A DNA stretch of 64,000 nt from Poseidonia sp. (GCA_965661285.1 CBFIDD010000003.1:269161-333160); one strand, 5' to 3'. Positions 28,401 through 38,021 are shown, counted from the stretch's first letter. Notes: generated from the letters alone by a model not told the origin. A program made the numbers and translations.

Positions 28401-29791
28401 GCCCCCCCAATCACTGAATTCGGCTTGCTCATGGCCAGAACGGATTGTTTGACCTCATGGTCCACATGGGCAAGGATGGCTGAACTCAGCGTTCGGTCGG
28501 TGTTCACCACAAAGTTGGACAGCGTTGACAAGTGAAACGGAGAAGATTGGTGGCAAATCCAGGTGGCAATTTCTCGAGAAAAAGCACCGAGTTGAGGAAT
28601 GTCGTCGGCTGTGGCGTGGTGGGAGGTTTCCCAGATTTTCGCTAACCCTTCCATGGTTTGATAGACGTGAGCACGGAATTTTCCTTGCGCTTTGTTCTCT
28701 AAGGCTTCGCTGTAGCGTTCTTGGATGGTGTCAATCATGGCTTCGCTTTTGTCGATGGTCGAGTCGTAATCCCATTCTTTCCCAAGGTTTCGAGAGACCT
28801 TGATCCAGTGGTTCATGCCCAGCAGTGTTTGATGGTCGCCCACACCTGCATCGTCCAAGGAAGGCGGCCATGAGAAATCCATGATGGTGGTGGGGCCGGC
28901 CACGGGGAGTGGGTGATGTTGCTTGTAGGTGGCCGTAGCGTTTCGAATGGTGGAGATGACCAAATCAGGTTGTTGTTCTCCTTCATCCCAGACCTCGTAG
29001 GAGATCATCGTGCATTGTTCAGCCAGACGAGGGTCGCGTTCAGCCGAGACGGCCGGGTCCCTCGACACCACCGTGATGTTGGTTTGGTTTGCATCGAGCA
29101 AGGCTTCAACCGCTTTCATGCCCATGTCGCCAAAGCCCAACACCGCTGCCTTCATCGGGCCGTGTTCGCTCAACAATCCATCCAAGGCTGTGGTGGCCAA
29201 GGACAGCATCGATTCGGTGGTGCTGGTGAACCCGAGTTGCTTTCGGATGGAACGATTTGCTGCAACGACGTGCTCGAAGAACCCCGAGTTGTAATGGCTG
29301 ATCAGGCCACGGTCTTTGTGGAAGTTAATCGACTTGCGGAACTGTGACATGACCTGCAATTCGCCGATCATGAACGAGTCCAAGCCACTGCAAATCTTCA
29401 CGAGTTGACGCCAAGCTGCCGTCCCCTCAAACACCTCGAACGGTAGGGAATCGAGTTGATTGACGTCAGCGAGGGCCGTACAGAGAACATCCGGCCCTAC
29501 CCCAAAGCCAACATAGAGCACGCGATTGCAGGTCGAGAATTCGAAGATTTCTGCGCCAGCGGCCTCACGGATGCTGTGAATGTAATCCGCTCGTTCATCG
29601 TCTGAGATGCCCTCGGTGGTGATGTGTTTGGCCGCATCGATCGTCTCGGATGTGAACTTCAGGGCAGCCAGAGAAACGCGCTCGGCGTCCTTGTCGCCCT
29701 CACGCTCGACGCGCTTGGCAACCGCCTCGGCAAGCCATGCCAAATCGACCAGTGCGTCGCTCACCAAAGCCCCCCCGGAGACAGGGACCAT
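28397..29791 (-). CDS. hemA: Glutamyl-tRNA reductase (divergent)
   Basis: STCNR catalytic motif, CSGLDSFMIGELQVMSQ, and NADPH-binding LGFGDMG. Start uncertain (ATG 29791 or GTG 29764). Confidence 0.9.
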   Translation of the reverse strand: MVPVSGGALVSDALVDLAWLAEAVAKRVEREGDKDAERVSLAALKFTSETIDAAKHITTEGISDDERADYIHSIREAAGAEIFEFSTCNRVLYVGFGVGPDVLCTALADVNQLDSLPFEVFEGTAAWRQLVKICSGLDSFMIGELQVMSQFRKSINFHKDRGLISHYNSGFFEHVVAANRSIRKQLGFTSTTESMLSLATTALDGLLSEHGPMKAAVLGFGDMGMKAVEALLDANQTNITVVSRDPAVSAERDPRLAEQCTMISYEVWDEGEQQPDLVISTIRNATATYKQHHPLPVAGPTTIMDFSWPPSLDDAGVGDHQTLLGMNHWIKVSRNLGKEWDYDSTIDKSEAMIDTIQERYSEALENKAQGKFRAHVYQTMEGLAKIWETSHHATADDIPQLGAFSREIATWICHQSSPFHLSTLSNFVVNTDRTLSSAILAHVDHEVKQSVLAMSKPNSVIGGA

Positions 29792-30021
29792 CGTAGTGCT
29801 TAGGAACCTTTGCAAGAAGCGACGACCAAAGGGTGTTACGTTCCTGTTTTGAGATGTACCACTTGCCTCAAATCAGCCCACTTTCCCAAGCCGTTTTCCC
29901 CAGTTTTTATCGTCATGATAAGGCGAGCGTTTGATAGGTTCGTGGGGCCGCCCCGAAACCATCCGAGCCACCCCCAACCGGCGCACGCCAACAGAGGACA
30001 GTGGCTCCAGGAGTGAGCCGA

Positions 30022-31032
30022 ATGGCAGGAATGGACCCGCAGCTGAAAGCCAAACTGCAAAAGCAACGCTACCACATTGTGGGCGAGCACGGTGGCGTGA
30101 AAACGTGCCACTGGACCAAAGAATCGTTGTTGCGAGACCGCCAGTGCTACAAAGGCAAGTTCTACGGCGTCGCCAGCCACAACTGCATGCAAATGTCGCC
30201 CGTGGTCGACCAGTGCAATCTGGCGTGCACTTACTGCTGGCGTGAACCCCACATGGACACGCTGGAGTTGACCGACCAAGACCCGCTCGACCTGCTCTAC
30301 GAATCTGTTCGCGCCCAGCGCCGTCTGCTCTCGGGCTTCGGGGGCAACCCCAAGGTGCCACGCGAGAAATGGCTGGACGCTCAGAACCCGAAGCACGTGG
30401 CGATCTCACTCAACGGTGAGCCCACGCTTTACACCCGTTTAGGCGAATACATGGACCTGTGCCACAAGCACGGCATGACCACGATGCTGGTCACCAACGG
30501 CACGCTGCCCAAAGTGCTCGAGAAACTCGACACCTTGCCGACCCAACTCTATGTTTCGGTGGACGCGCCCAATAAACAGGTGTTCGACGAGGTCTGTCGG
30601 CCCAAGTGGAACAGCGGTGCCTGGGACCAGTTCGAGAAAACCATCGACCTCTTGCCCTCCCTCGACACCCGCATCGTGTGCCGCCACACGCTGATGAAAG
30701 GCGTGAACATGAGCGACAGCCACATCAAAGAATTCGCTGCGCTCGACAACCGTGCTGACCCCGATTTCATCGAGAACAAGGGCTACGTGTTTGTGGGCCA
30801 CAGCCGAGAGAACCTCGCCATGGAAAACATGCCCACCCACGACGACATCATGGACTTCTCCCGAAAGATTGCGCCCCTAACCAACCGAGAAGTGCTCTCC
30901 GATTCCCGACCCAGCCGAGTTGCCCTGGTTGGCACAGAAATCACGCCCATTCCGATTCCCGAACCCACGATGTTCTTCCCCGAAGATCTGGGGATTGCGC
31001 CGCCGGTCAAGCACCTCCCCGTCATCTCCTGA
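30022..31032 (+). CDS. taw1: 4-demethylwyosine synthase Taw1/TYW1 (radical SAM)
   Basis: VKTCHW, CYKGKFYG..SHNCMQM, CNLACTYCWR, HVAISLNGEP, KGYVFVGHSR. Confidence 0.95.
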   Translation: MAGMDPQLKAKLQKQRYHIVGEHGGVKTCHWTKESLLRDRQCYKGKFYGVASHNCMQMSPVVDQCNLACTYCWREPHMDTLELTDQDPLDLLYESVRAQRRLLSGFGGNPKVPREKWLDAQNPKHVAISLNGEPTLYTRLGEYMDLCHKHGMTTMLVTNGTLPKVLEKLDTLPTQLYVSVDAPNKQVFDEVCRPKWNSGAWDQFEKTIDLLPSLDTRIVCRHTLMKGVNMSDSHIKEFAALDNRADPDFIENKGYVFVGHSRENLAMENMPTHDDIMDFSRKIAPLTNREVLSDSRPSRVALVGTEITPIPIPEPTMFFPEDLGIAPPVKHLPVIS

Positions 31033-31173
31033 ACGGTGGGTTGCGTGGCCGAGCAGCGGGTACCCTACCGTTCATTTCTCATGGAAGGGTATTGGATGGC
31101 CAAGGTTGCGAAAATAACCGATCGGCGAGGCTCTCTCCATTGAGAGGCGTTGAGGGCCTGCTTGTTCTCTGAA

Positions 31174-31524
31174 TCAATCGTTAAAAAGGTTGGATGTCAA
31201 ATCGACACTTTCCGTTTGTTGGCTCAGCTTAACAGGTGTTGATTGGTTGAATGTCTTGGTCAATTCCTTGGCTTGTTTTGCCTTGGCGTAGTCCCTTTCT
31301 TCATAGGATGCAAACTCAAGCATACCCATGTCTGCACCACCCATGTATCGCCCCCATGAACTGTGAACCATGAGCCACCCACATCCTGGGCAAGAACCGT
31401 TGACAGGCGCCTTGTTGCAGTCCCAACACACGGGAGGTTTTCGGAAAAAATTTCGACCGAAGCGGAGCCGAAAATACACCATAGCAACCGGGAATGTGAA
31501 AAATTTCCAAAGGATGGAGAGCAT
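31174..31524 (-). CDS. Hypothetical protein with CxxC...CxxC zinc-finger-like motif
   Basis: CWDC...CPGC, hydrophobic N-terminus, lower-GC region. Confidence 0.5.
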   Translation of the reverse strand: MLSILWKFFTFPVAMVYFRLRFGRNFFRKPPVCWDCNKAPVNGSCPGCGWLMVHSSWGRYMGGADMGMLEFASYEERDYAKAKQAKELTKTFNQSTPVKLSQQTESVDLTSNLFND

Positions 31525-31766
31525 AACACCATGCCGTCATCTTGAGGATTAAAATCTACTTCAGTTTTTATGCTGATTTAGTCGAAGTATGGCCCTCATT
31601 GCATTCACCAACCAATCTATTCGGACCGGCTGGATGAGGTTTTCCGATGACCCATTCAACGCTCAATCTCTGTTGGAAGTGTTGTAATGGGCCTGTTTTT
31701 TTGCTAACCATTGGATGACAAGCACCGCCTTCAATGGTTTCAAAAGCAGGGGCCAGAGGTTGAGAC

Positions 31767-32087
31767 ATGCTCAACTGGCTGAAGACGCTGTTCTCCTCCG
31801 GCCCCAACATCGCCGACCTGCTTGCCGAGGATGCCATCGTCCTCGATGTCCGCAGCCAGGCCGAATACCAGAGCGGGCACGTGAAGGATTCCATGCACGT
31901 ACCTTTGCCGCAACTGAGCAAGAAAATCAACGCTATCAAGAAGCGGAAAAAGACCATCGTCACGGTTTGTGCAAGTGGTATGCGCAGCGGCAAGGCTGCG
32001 AAGATCCTACGTTCGCACGGCGTCGAAGCGCACAACGGTGGCCCTTGGCAATCGGTTGAACGACTTCGTTCCAATCAGTCGCCATGA
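31767..32087 (+). CDS. Rhodanese-like domain protein
   Basis: LDVRSQAEYQSGHV, active loop CASGMRS, NGGPW. GAGGT RBS. Confidence 0.9.
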   Translation: MLNWLKTLFSSGPNIADLLAEDAIVLDVRSQAEYQSGHVKDSMHVPLPQLSKKINAIKKRKKTIVTVCASGMRSGKAAKILRSHGVEAHNGGPWQSVERLRSNQSP

Positions 32088-32108
32088 CAGACAGGGTATC
32101 CGAACAAA

Positions 32109-33806
32109 TCAGTTTGCCAGAACGGCCCGGACGATGGCGAGCATTTTCTCGTTCTCTTCGGGCGAACGCACAGCAAATCGCACAGCGTTGTTCGGAAGCA
32201 TGACACCCATGTTCTGAGCGTCTCGGACAAAGAGCCCTTGGGTTCTGCAGGTTTCGATGAACCGATTAGAAGAATAGCCCGAAGCCGAGGGAAGATAGGT
32301 CAGAAGGTAGTTGGCCACACCTGAAAACACGCGGAAGCCGAGCCCTTCGAGGGCCTGGTGCATACGTTCACGCTGCTGGTGGATGATGTCGTACTGGGCT
32401 GTGTAGTACGCCGTGTTACGCAACGCTGCCACCGCTGCCAATTGCCCAGGTAGGCTCACGGCCCACGGAGGGATGTACCGCCGGAGCGTTGGCATGTTCT
32501 GGCTGACAGCATAGGCAACCCGCAATCCAGAGAGCGCGTAGCACTTGCTCATGCTCTTGCAGACCACCAGTTCTGGCAGCGAAGCGCAAAGAGGTTCCAG
32601 TGAAACGGCGTCGGGGAGGTAGTTGATGTACGTCTCATCAACCCAGATCATCTTGCACTTGGAAGCAGGGTTTCTTGAGTGTGCAATCCTGCTCACGATG
32701 TCATCCATGGTTTCGCAGTACACGCCGGTGGGGCTGTTGGGATTGACGAAAATCACGGCGTCGTGTTCGCAGGCCTGCATGATCAAGTCCTCTGAGTTGA
32801 TGGCAAACCCGTTGGCGTCCTCGAGCACAAAATAGGTGATGTGGCAACCGATGACGTGCTGAAGAATGTGGCTGTATTCGCCGTACATCGGCGACAAAAG
32901 CAACACGCGAGACTGTTCGTTCAACAGTTGAGGCAGCAAGGAGAACATCAGCGAGGACGAACCCGAGGAGACCGCCACGTTACGAGACGGCACGCCACGA
33001 ACTTCCGCGATGGTTTCGATGAGGTCCTCGCACTGCGTGGGTGGCGATTCCTGACAACACCGCTCGAGCTGATCACGAATGACATCAAGCGCCTCAGGAC
33101 AGGGCGGAAATGGACTGTCCAACACGTCGGCCACGATGAGCGAATCTCGAACGTCGAAGTCAAACCTCGAAGCCTCCCAGGATTGCCCGCCGTGATAGCA
33201 CGCATCATCGCCTGATTCATCTTCGCGGTCGGCCTCAATTTTCTTGGCATGCGATTTCAGCACAGCGCTCACGCTCATGTGCATGGGGAAGTACACCGTT
33301 TGACCGTGCTGAACACCTGTCTCATGGAACACCTTCAGGCCGTTGCTCTCGTAGAGTTTGACCACTTCGGTGTGCCCCATGGCCACCATATCGGTCCCGC
33401 CTCGTTCAACCACGAATTCCAGGGCGTGGCGCATCAATCGGAACGCCAGGTTTTGGCCGCGGTAAGCCGGAGCAACCGTGAGTCCCCTGACCTCAAAAGC
33501 GGTGTTCTTGGGGTCGGTGCAAGCGGCAAACACCGTTCGCTCAAGCACGTCGCTGGAGAAGTAGGTCGTCAATCGGAACGGCTGGCTTTCGGGTGGATTG
33601 AGGCTGATGTAGCCGACCAGTTCGTCACCCTCAACGCATGCAATGAAATGACGACCGGGGTCTTCGAGGACGCCATCGGTGTTCGAGTCGTATTGATGCA
33701 GTTCATCAGCGTAGACATCATGACGAATCGTTGAGATTTGATGCCAGATTCGGTGAATGTGCTCATCCTCGGGTAGGGGGAAATCAAAGCGGACGAATTC
33801 AGCCAT
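32109..33806 (-). CDS. GNAT acyltransferase fused to class I/II PLP enzyme (HisC/CobD-like)
   Basis: N-terminal part: IRHDVYADE, EVRGLTVAPAYRG, LYESNGL. C-terminal part: HGG, VNPNSPTG, VDETY, SMSKCYALSGLRVAY. Confidence 0.85.
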   Translation of the reverse strand: MAEFVRFDFPLPEDEHIHRIWHQISTIRHDVYADELHQYDSNTDGVLEDPGRHFIACVEGDELVGYISLNPPESQPFRLTTYFSSDVLERTVFAACTDPKNTAFEVRGLTVAPAYRGQNLAFRLMRHALEFVVERGGTDMVAMGHTEVVKLYESNGLKVFHETGVQHGQTVYFPMHMSVSAVLKSHAKKIEADREDESGDDACYHGGQSWEASRFDFDVRDSLIVADVLDSPFPPCPEALDVIRDQLERCCQESPPTQCEDLIETIAEVRGVPSRNVAVSSGSSSLMFSLLPQLLNEQSRVLLLSPMYGEYSHILQHVIGCHITYFVLEDANGFAINSEDLIMQACEHDAVIFVNPNSPTGVYCETMDDIVSRIAHSRNPASKCKMIWVDETYINYLPDAVSLEPLCASLPELVVCKSMSKCYALSGLRVAYAVSQNMPTLRRYIPPWAVSLPGQLAAVAALRNTAYYTAQYDIIHQQRERMHQALEGLGFRVFSGVANYLLTYLPSASGYSSNRFIETCRTQGLFVRDAQNMGVMLPNNAVRFAVRSPEENEKMLAIVRAVLAN

Positions 33807-33829
33807 AACCACACCAAGGCTTTGTTGAA

Positions 33830-33836
33830 CTTGAAG
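33830..33836 (-). promoter_or_regulatory. Putative TATA-like box CTTCAAG of the GNAT-PLP gene
   Basis: Lies 24-30 nt upstream of ATG 33806. Confidence 0.5.
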
Positions 33837-33946
33837 GATTTCCCGTTCATGAAGTGCAACTTTGATGGCTTATCGCAAGGCAGTCCGGGAAAAAACACAA
33901 GAAGGGCGTGAAGTGAAACCCAGTTTGAAACTGGTTGGATTTGTTC

Positions 33947-34661
33947 ATGGACGAGAAATTTTGGGAAGACGGTGTCAAGGTCATTGACCACGAGGAATCC
34001 ATCCATTCCTCACCCTCTTCACGCCTCTCCGCCAAGCTGATTCTCGCCCCGCTGTTCTTCTTCACCGCCTTTGGTGTCCCAGTCTTATGGTTGACGTCCG
34101 GCGATGCAAAGATGATTGTTGCAGGAATTTTGTTTGGTGGTTTACCCTTTGCAATGGTCCTCCTCACCATTTACGGAGTTTACATCACTGCACACACGGA
34201 CTATGCCCTTCGCATCAACTCGGTGAGCGGCACCATTGAAGAAATCTACACGAGGAAGGACAAAGTGGAACGCGACGTTTACCCCATCAAGGAAGCCATG
34301 CGAATCAGTCTGTCTGATCCAAACAGCAGCGAAGGAGAGTCCCACATCTCCATCAAAGGCATGAACATACGAGGCGTCAAGTGGTCGGTGGACCTCTCGC
34401 ATTTTGCCTGGGGAACTCTACAAACAAGGAGAGCGATCGTCGGACCGGCGGAGAATCGCTTCCATCAAAACGGCCGAACACTTTGCAGAAATGCTGGATG
34501 TCGAAATTGGAAGTTGGCTGATTCTGTCAAATGTTTCACGCCATTTGCGCCTTGAATTTGGTACCGAGTGGATTCACAAATGGTCCGACCGTCAAACCAT
34601 CACAGAACAAAATCAACGGTTGCTAGATGAGGAACAAAAACAGCGTCAAGAAGTCCAATGA
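33947..34661 (+). pseudogene. Membrane protein gene apparently split by a +1 frameshift near 34402-34405
   Basis: The first frame (MDEKFW..., 2 TM) reads well up to VDLSH. The +1 frame continues LPGELYKQ...AEHFAEMLDVEI...EVQ*. The junction is a T4 run. Confidence 0.5.
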
Positions 34662-34856
34662 TGTCAGCAAGGTGACAACGCCATCGGCCGCCCAGAACAG
34701 ACCTGAATGCTGATTCTTTTCATCCGCTCCTTCCGTTTTGTCCCTGCGGAGGTACTTCAGAAGCGAGTTGATGTTGAAAATCATCAACAGAACGAACAAC
34801 ACCCCGCCAACAACCGTCAGCATCGCCAGGGTCTGAACCGTCTCTTCGGCTGCCAT
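34623..34856 (-). CDS. Small membrane protein (77 aa)
   Basis: Two hydrophobic segments with an ATG start. Overlaps the end of the opposite-strand gene by 39 nt. Confidence 0.5.
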   Translation of the reverse strand: MAAEETVQTLAMLTVVGGVLFVLLMIFNINSLLKYLRRDKTEGADEKNQHSGLFWAADGVVTLLTSLDFLTLFLFLI

Positions 34857-34927
34857 GAGAATTTATTCTGCGGCTCAGAGATTAGTATTTGCCCGGCGTC
34901 GAGGCAGATACGATTGCGATTTGGCCC

Positions 34928-35527
34928 TCAAGGGAAGAAGACCGTTTCCGCACCCTCAATCCACTGCTTCTCTTTCTTCATGCAGCGTTTGAATTCCGCC
35001 GACTCAAGATGCTCGCCCAGCCAAGCGTGAACGTAGGCCCAGGGCTGAGCGTCGAACCAGTCCCGGTCGTGGTTGGCGAACTGCCGCACGAACGGGAACA
35101 ATGCGTCGTTGAGTTGGGGCGCAAAGGCCGGACCCTTTTCCAGTCGAGCGTCAAGGTCGCTCAAGTAAGCCGAAGCCAATGTGCGATGCTCCACTTCGTC
35201 CACGTCTTCGTAGCGGTTCGGATACTTGTAGCGGTCCAGGTGGAATTTGAATTCCTCATCGTTACGTTCCACCCAGTGCGCTTCCTCTTCACTGAGCTCC
35301 CAGCCCAGAACGTGCTGCATGATCTCCAAACTCTCCTCGATGACCGTGCCGTCAGGCAGCAAGAGCACGGGCACCGTGCCCTTGGGTGAAATCTCCATCA
35401 TGTGGTCTGGGCGGTCACGCAGCACGACTTCCCGAAGTTCGACCTCGTAGCCCTCCCGAACGATGGACATCCGTGCCCGCATGGCGTAGGGGCAGCGGCG
35501 AAAGGAGTAGAGAATGGGCAGCGACAT
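34928..35527 (-). CDS. Glutathione S-transferase family protein
   Basis: LYSFRRCPYAMRAR, SPKGTVPVL, ESLEIM, FKFHLDRYKY, ALFPFVRQFA. Confidence 0.9.
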   Translation of the reverse strand: MSLPILYSFRRCPYAMRARMSIVREGYEVELREVVLRDRPDHMMEISPKGTVPVLLLPDGTVIEESLEIMQHVLGWELSEEEAHWVERNDEEFKFHLDRYKYPNRYEDVDEVEHRTLASAYLSDLDARLEKGPAFAPQLNDALFPFVRQFANHDRDWFDAQPWAYVHAWLGEHLESAEFKRCMKKEKQWIEGAETVFFP

Positions 35528-35544
35528 GGCGACCCTTCCTGCAA

Positions 35545-36609
35545 TCACTCGGGCGGTGTGGGCGGAGCGTAGCCGCCGTCAACCGCTTCCTGGACGGTCG
35601 CCATGTCGGCGTCGACCATCATCTGAACGAGTTCTTCAAACGAGGTGCTGGGCACCCAGCCGAGTTCCTTCTCGGCCAGCGCAGGGTCGCCGATGAGCAA
35701 ATCCACTTCAGCGGGACGGAAGAATTTGGGATTGGTGCGTACACGCACGACGCCATTCTGGTCGGTGGCGATGGTGTCAACGTCTTCTCCCGACCACGTC
35801 AGGTCCATGCCGACATGAGAGAAGGCGAGGGTGATCATGTCGCGCACGCTGTGCGTGCGACCGGTCGCCACAACGTAGTCGCCGGGCTTTTCCTGCTGGA
35901 GCATGCGCCACTGCATCTCAACATAGTCGCCGGCGAAACCCCAGTCTCGCTTGGCATCGACGTTGCCAATCCACAAACACTCGTCAAAGCCATGGGCGAT
36001 GCGAGCGGCGGTCATGGTGACCTTTCGGGTGACGAATTCAAGTCCGCGACGTGGGCTTTCGTGGTTGAAGAGAATGCCCGTGCAGGCGAACATGTCGTAA
36101 GATTCACGGTAGTTTCGGGTGATTTCGAAGGCGAAGACCTTGGCGCAGCCGTAGGGCGAGCGGGGGTGGAAGGGCGTCAACTCGGTTTGGGGAACGTCAC
36201 GAACCTTGCCGTACTGTTCGGAAGAGCCCGCCTGATAGAAGCGGCAGTGAGGCGCATGCTTGCGAATGGCTTCGAGGCAGCGAAGGGCACCCAGGCCGGT
36301 GATGTCAGCGGTCATCATGGGCGAGCGCCACGATTCGGGAACAAAGGACATGGCGCCGAGGTTGTAGAATTCATCGGGTTGGGTCTGGCTGACGGCGTTG
36401 TCGATGGAGTTCTGGTCGGCCAAATCGCCGTTGAGGAGGTGGAACTTGTCGTTGCTCATCAGGTGGTTGATGAGACTGCGACCGGAGGTGGGCTGTGAGA
36501 CACGGCGCACCAATCCGTAGACGGTGTAGCCCTTTTCGAGAAGCAATTCAGCGAGGTAGGAGCCGTCTTGGCCCGTGATGCCCGTGATCATCGCGGTCTT
36601 GCTGCCCAT
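35545..36609 (-). CDS. gmd: GDP-mannose 4,6-dehydratase
   Basis: ITGITGQDGSYL, PRSPYGCAK, GILFNHESPRRG, FVTRK, RDWGFAGDYV, RPAEVDLL. Confidence 0.96.
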   Translation of the reverse strand: MGSKTAMITGITGQDGSYLAELLLEKGYTVYGLVRRVSQPTSGRSLINHLMSNDKFHLLNGDLADQNSIDNAVSQTQPDEFYNLGAMSFVPESWRSPMMTADITGLGALRCLEAIRKHAPHCRFYQAGSSEQYGKVRDVPQTELTPFHPRSPYGCAKVFAFEITRNYRESYDMFACTGILFNHESPRRGLEFVTRKVTMTAARIAHGFDECLWIGNVDAKRDWGFAGDYVEMQWRMLQQEKPGDYVVATGRTHSVRDMITLAFSHVGMDLTWSGEDVDTIATDQNGVVRVRTNPKFFRPAEVDLLIGDPALAEKELGWVPSTSFEELVQMMVDADMATVQEAVDGGYAPPTPPE

Positions 36610-36719
36610 GTGGCTTGGCAGATGCTGTCCCTTTTCAAACGGTCGCCTGTATGGCCGGAAAAAACAGCCTCGAAACCCGGCCCCTTTGATTTTAAGTACG
36701 CCTTGGCCACCCTTTTGCC

Positions 36720-38021
36720 ATGGCACAAGCGGAAGAGGGGCGACGTCCTCGTCTTCTCATCGTGCGGGGCTCCTTTGCGACCATGGGCGGCGCCGAGCGC
36801 GAACTCCTCCAACTCATTCGCATGGCCCACAACCGCTGGGATGTCCATCTGGCCACCCTTGACATCTCCACCGAAGCCCAAGACCTCATGCTTCCTGCGA
36901 CACCCACCCTCATCACGCCCGCCACACCCCTCAACTGGCCCGAAGGCGCCCTCGCTGAGGTCACCGCGGCCGCCAGCAAAACAGCCGAAAAGGCGTGGGC
37001 GAAGATGGATATTCCGTGGGAACAGTTCGACGTGGTCCACCTTTCCGTGTGCCGAGGCACGCTTGAGATCTTGCCGCTCGTTCCACCGCATCTCCCCGTG
37101 AACTACCATTGTCTCGAACCACCGCGCTGGCTGTACGAGGACGTGCTTCACCGTCATCCAAACGGCCAACCAAAACGTCCGCTGTGGCTGACGAAGATGG
37201 TGTTTACACGTCAACGCCGACGGGACCAGCGCTATGTTCGCACCCTCCTCAAGCGCCCAAAAAGTGCCATCTTCGGAAACTCGCCGTGGAGTCAAATCCT
37301 CCTCGAGCGCACCTACGGCCTGCCTTCTGACCCGACCACCACCAACGGTCATCCACCCCGGCGAGACGAACACCAGCGCCCCCTCGAAGGCTCCCATGTA
37401 CTGCCAACCGTCGACCTCAGCAACTGGCCTGCGCAGTCCACGCCCGAGGAACGCGACGAGATGGTCGAAGTCGCCCTGCCCGAGGGGCCGTACGTCATCA
37501 CCATCGGTACGGTCTCCCATGTCAAAGGGACCTACGATACAATGCGTTCGCTGGTGAACAGCCCGTACGCGCTGGTCCAAGCCGGCGGCGGTTCAGCCGA
37601 AGACAAGGCGGCGCTGGTGGCTGAAGGAAAGCGCCTGGGCGTTGAGGTCGTGTGCATGCCTCGCCTTTCACAAGCGGCGCTCGTGGGTGTGGTTCGCGGG
37701 GCTCATGCCATGGTCAGCCATGCACATCACGAACCGTTCGGGTTCACGCCGCTCGAAGCCATGGCCGTGGGTGTGCCTCCCATCATGGTTGACGAAGGCG
37801 GCTTTCACTTCACGATGACCGGTTCGGGCGCCGGCGTGCTCGTTCAACGAGACGACCGGGAAGGCTGGCTCACGGCCTTTGAAGCGGCTGCGGACCCCGA
37901 AACCCGAGCGGCATGGGCCAGCGCAGGTCGAAACCACGTCGCAAGCAACTATCCTCCGGAGCGTCAACTCGAGGCGATCGAACGCATCATGGCGCCGTTC
38001 TTCAACGACGAACCGGTCTGA
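36720..38021 (+). CDS. Glycosyltransferase family 4
   Basis: GGAER at the N-terminus and EPFGFTPLEAMAVG (E-x7-E). Confidence 0.9.
   Translation: MAQAEEGRRPRLLIVRGSFATMGGAERELLQLIRMAHNRWDVHLATLDISTEAQDLMLPATPTLITPATPLNWPEGALAEVTAAASKTAEKAWAKMDIPWEQFDVVHLSVCRGTLEILPLVPPHLPVNYHCLEPPRWLYEDVLHRHPNGQPKRPLWLTKMVFTRQRRRDQRYVRTLLKRPKSAIFGNSPWSQILLERTYGLPSDPTTTNGHPPRRDEHQRPLEGSHVLPTVDLSNWPAQSTPEERDEMVEVALPEGPYVITIGTVSHVKGTYDTMRSLVNSPYALVQAGGGSAEDKAALVAEGKRLGVEVVCMPRLSQAALVGVVRGAHAMVSHAHHEPFGFTPLEAMAVGVPPIMVDEGGFHFTMTGSGAGVLVQRDDREGWLTAFEAAADPETRAAWASAGRNHVASNYPPERQLEAIERIMAPFFNDEPV

Noticed and set aside
31767-32087. Rhodanese as part of the ThiF-JAB system
   Set aside because: It lies 6 kb away with unrelated genes in between. 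No linkage evidence.
35386-36498. 370-aa plus-strand ORF
   Set aside because: Antisense shadow of gmd with no motif of its own.
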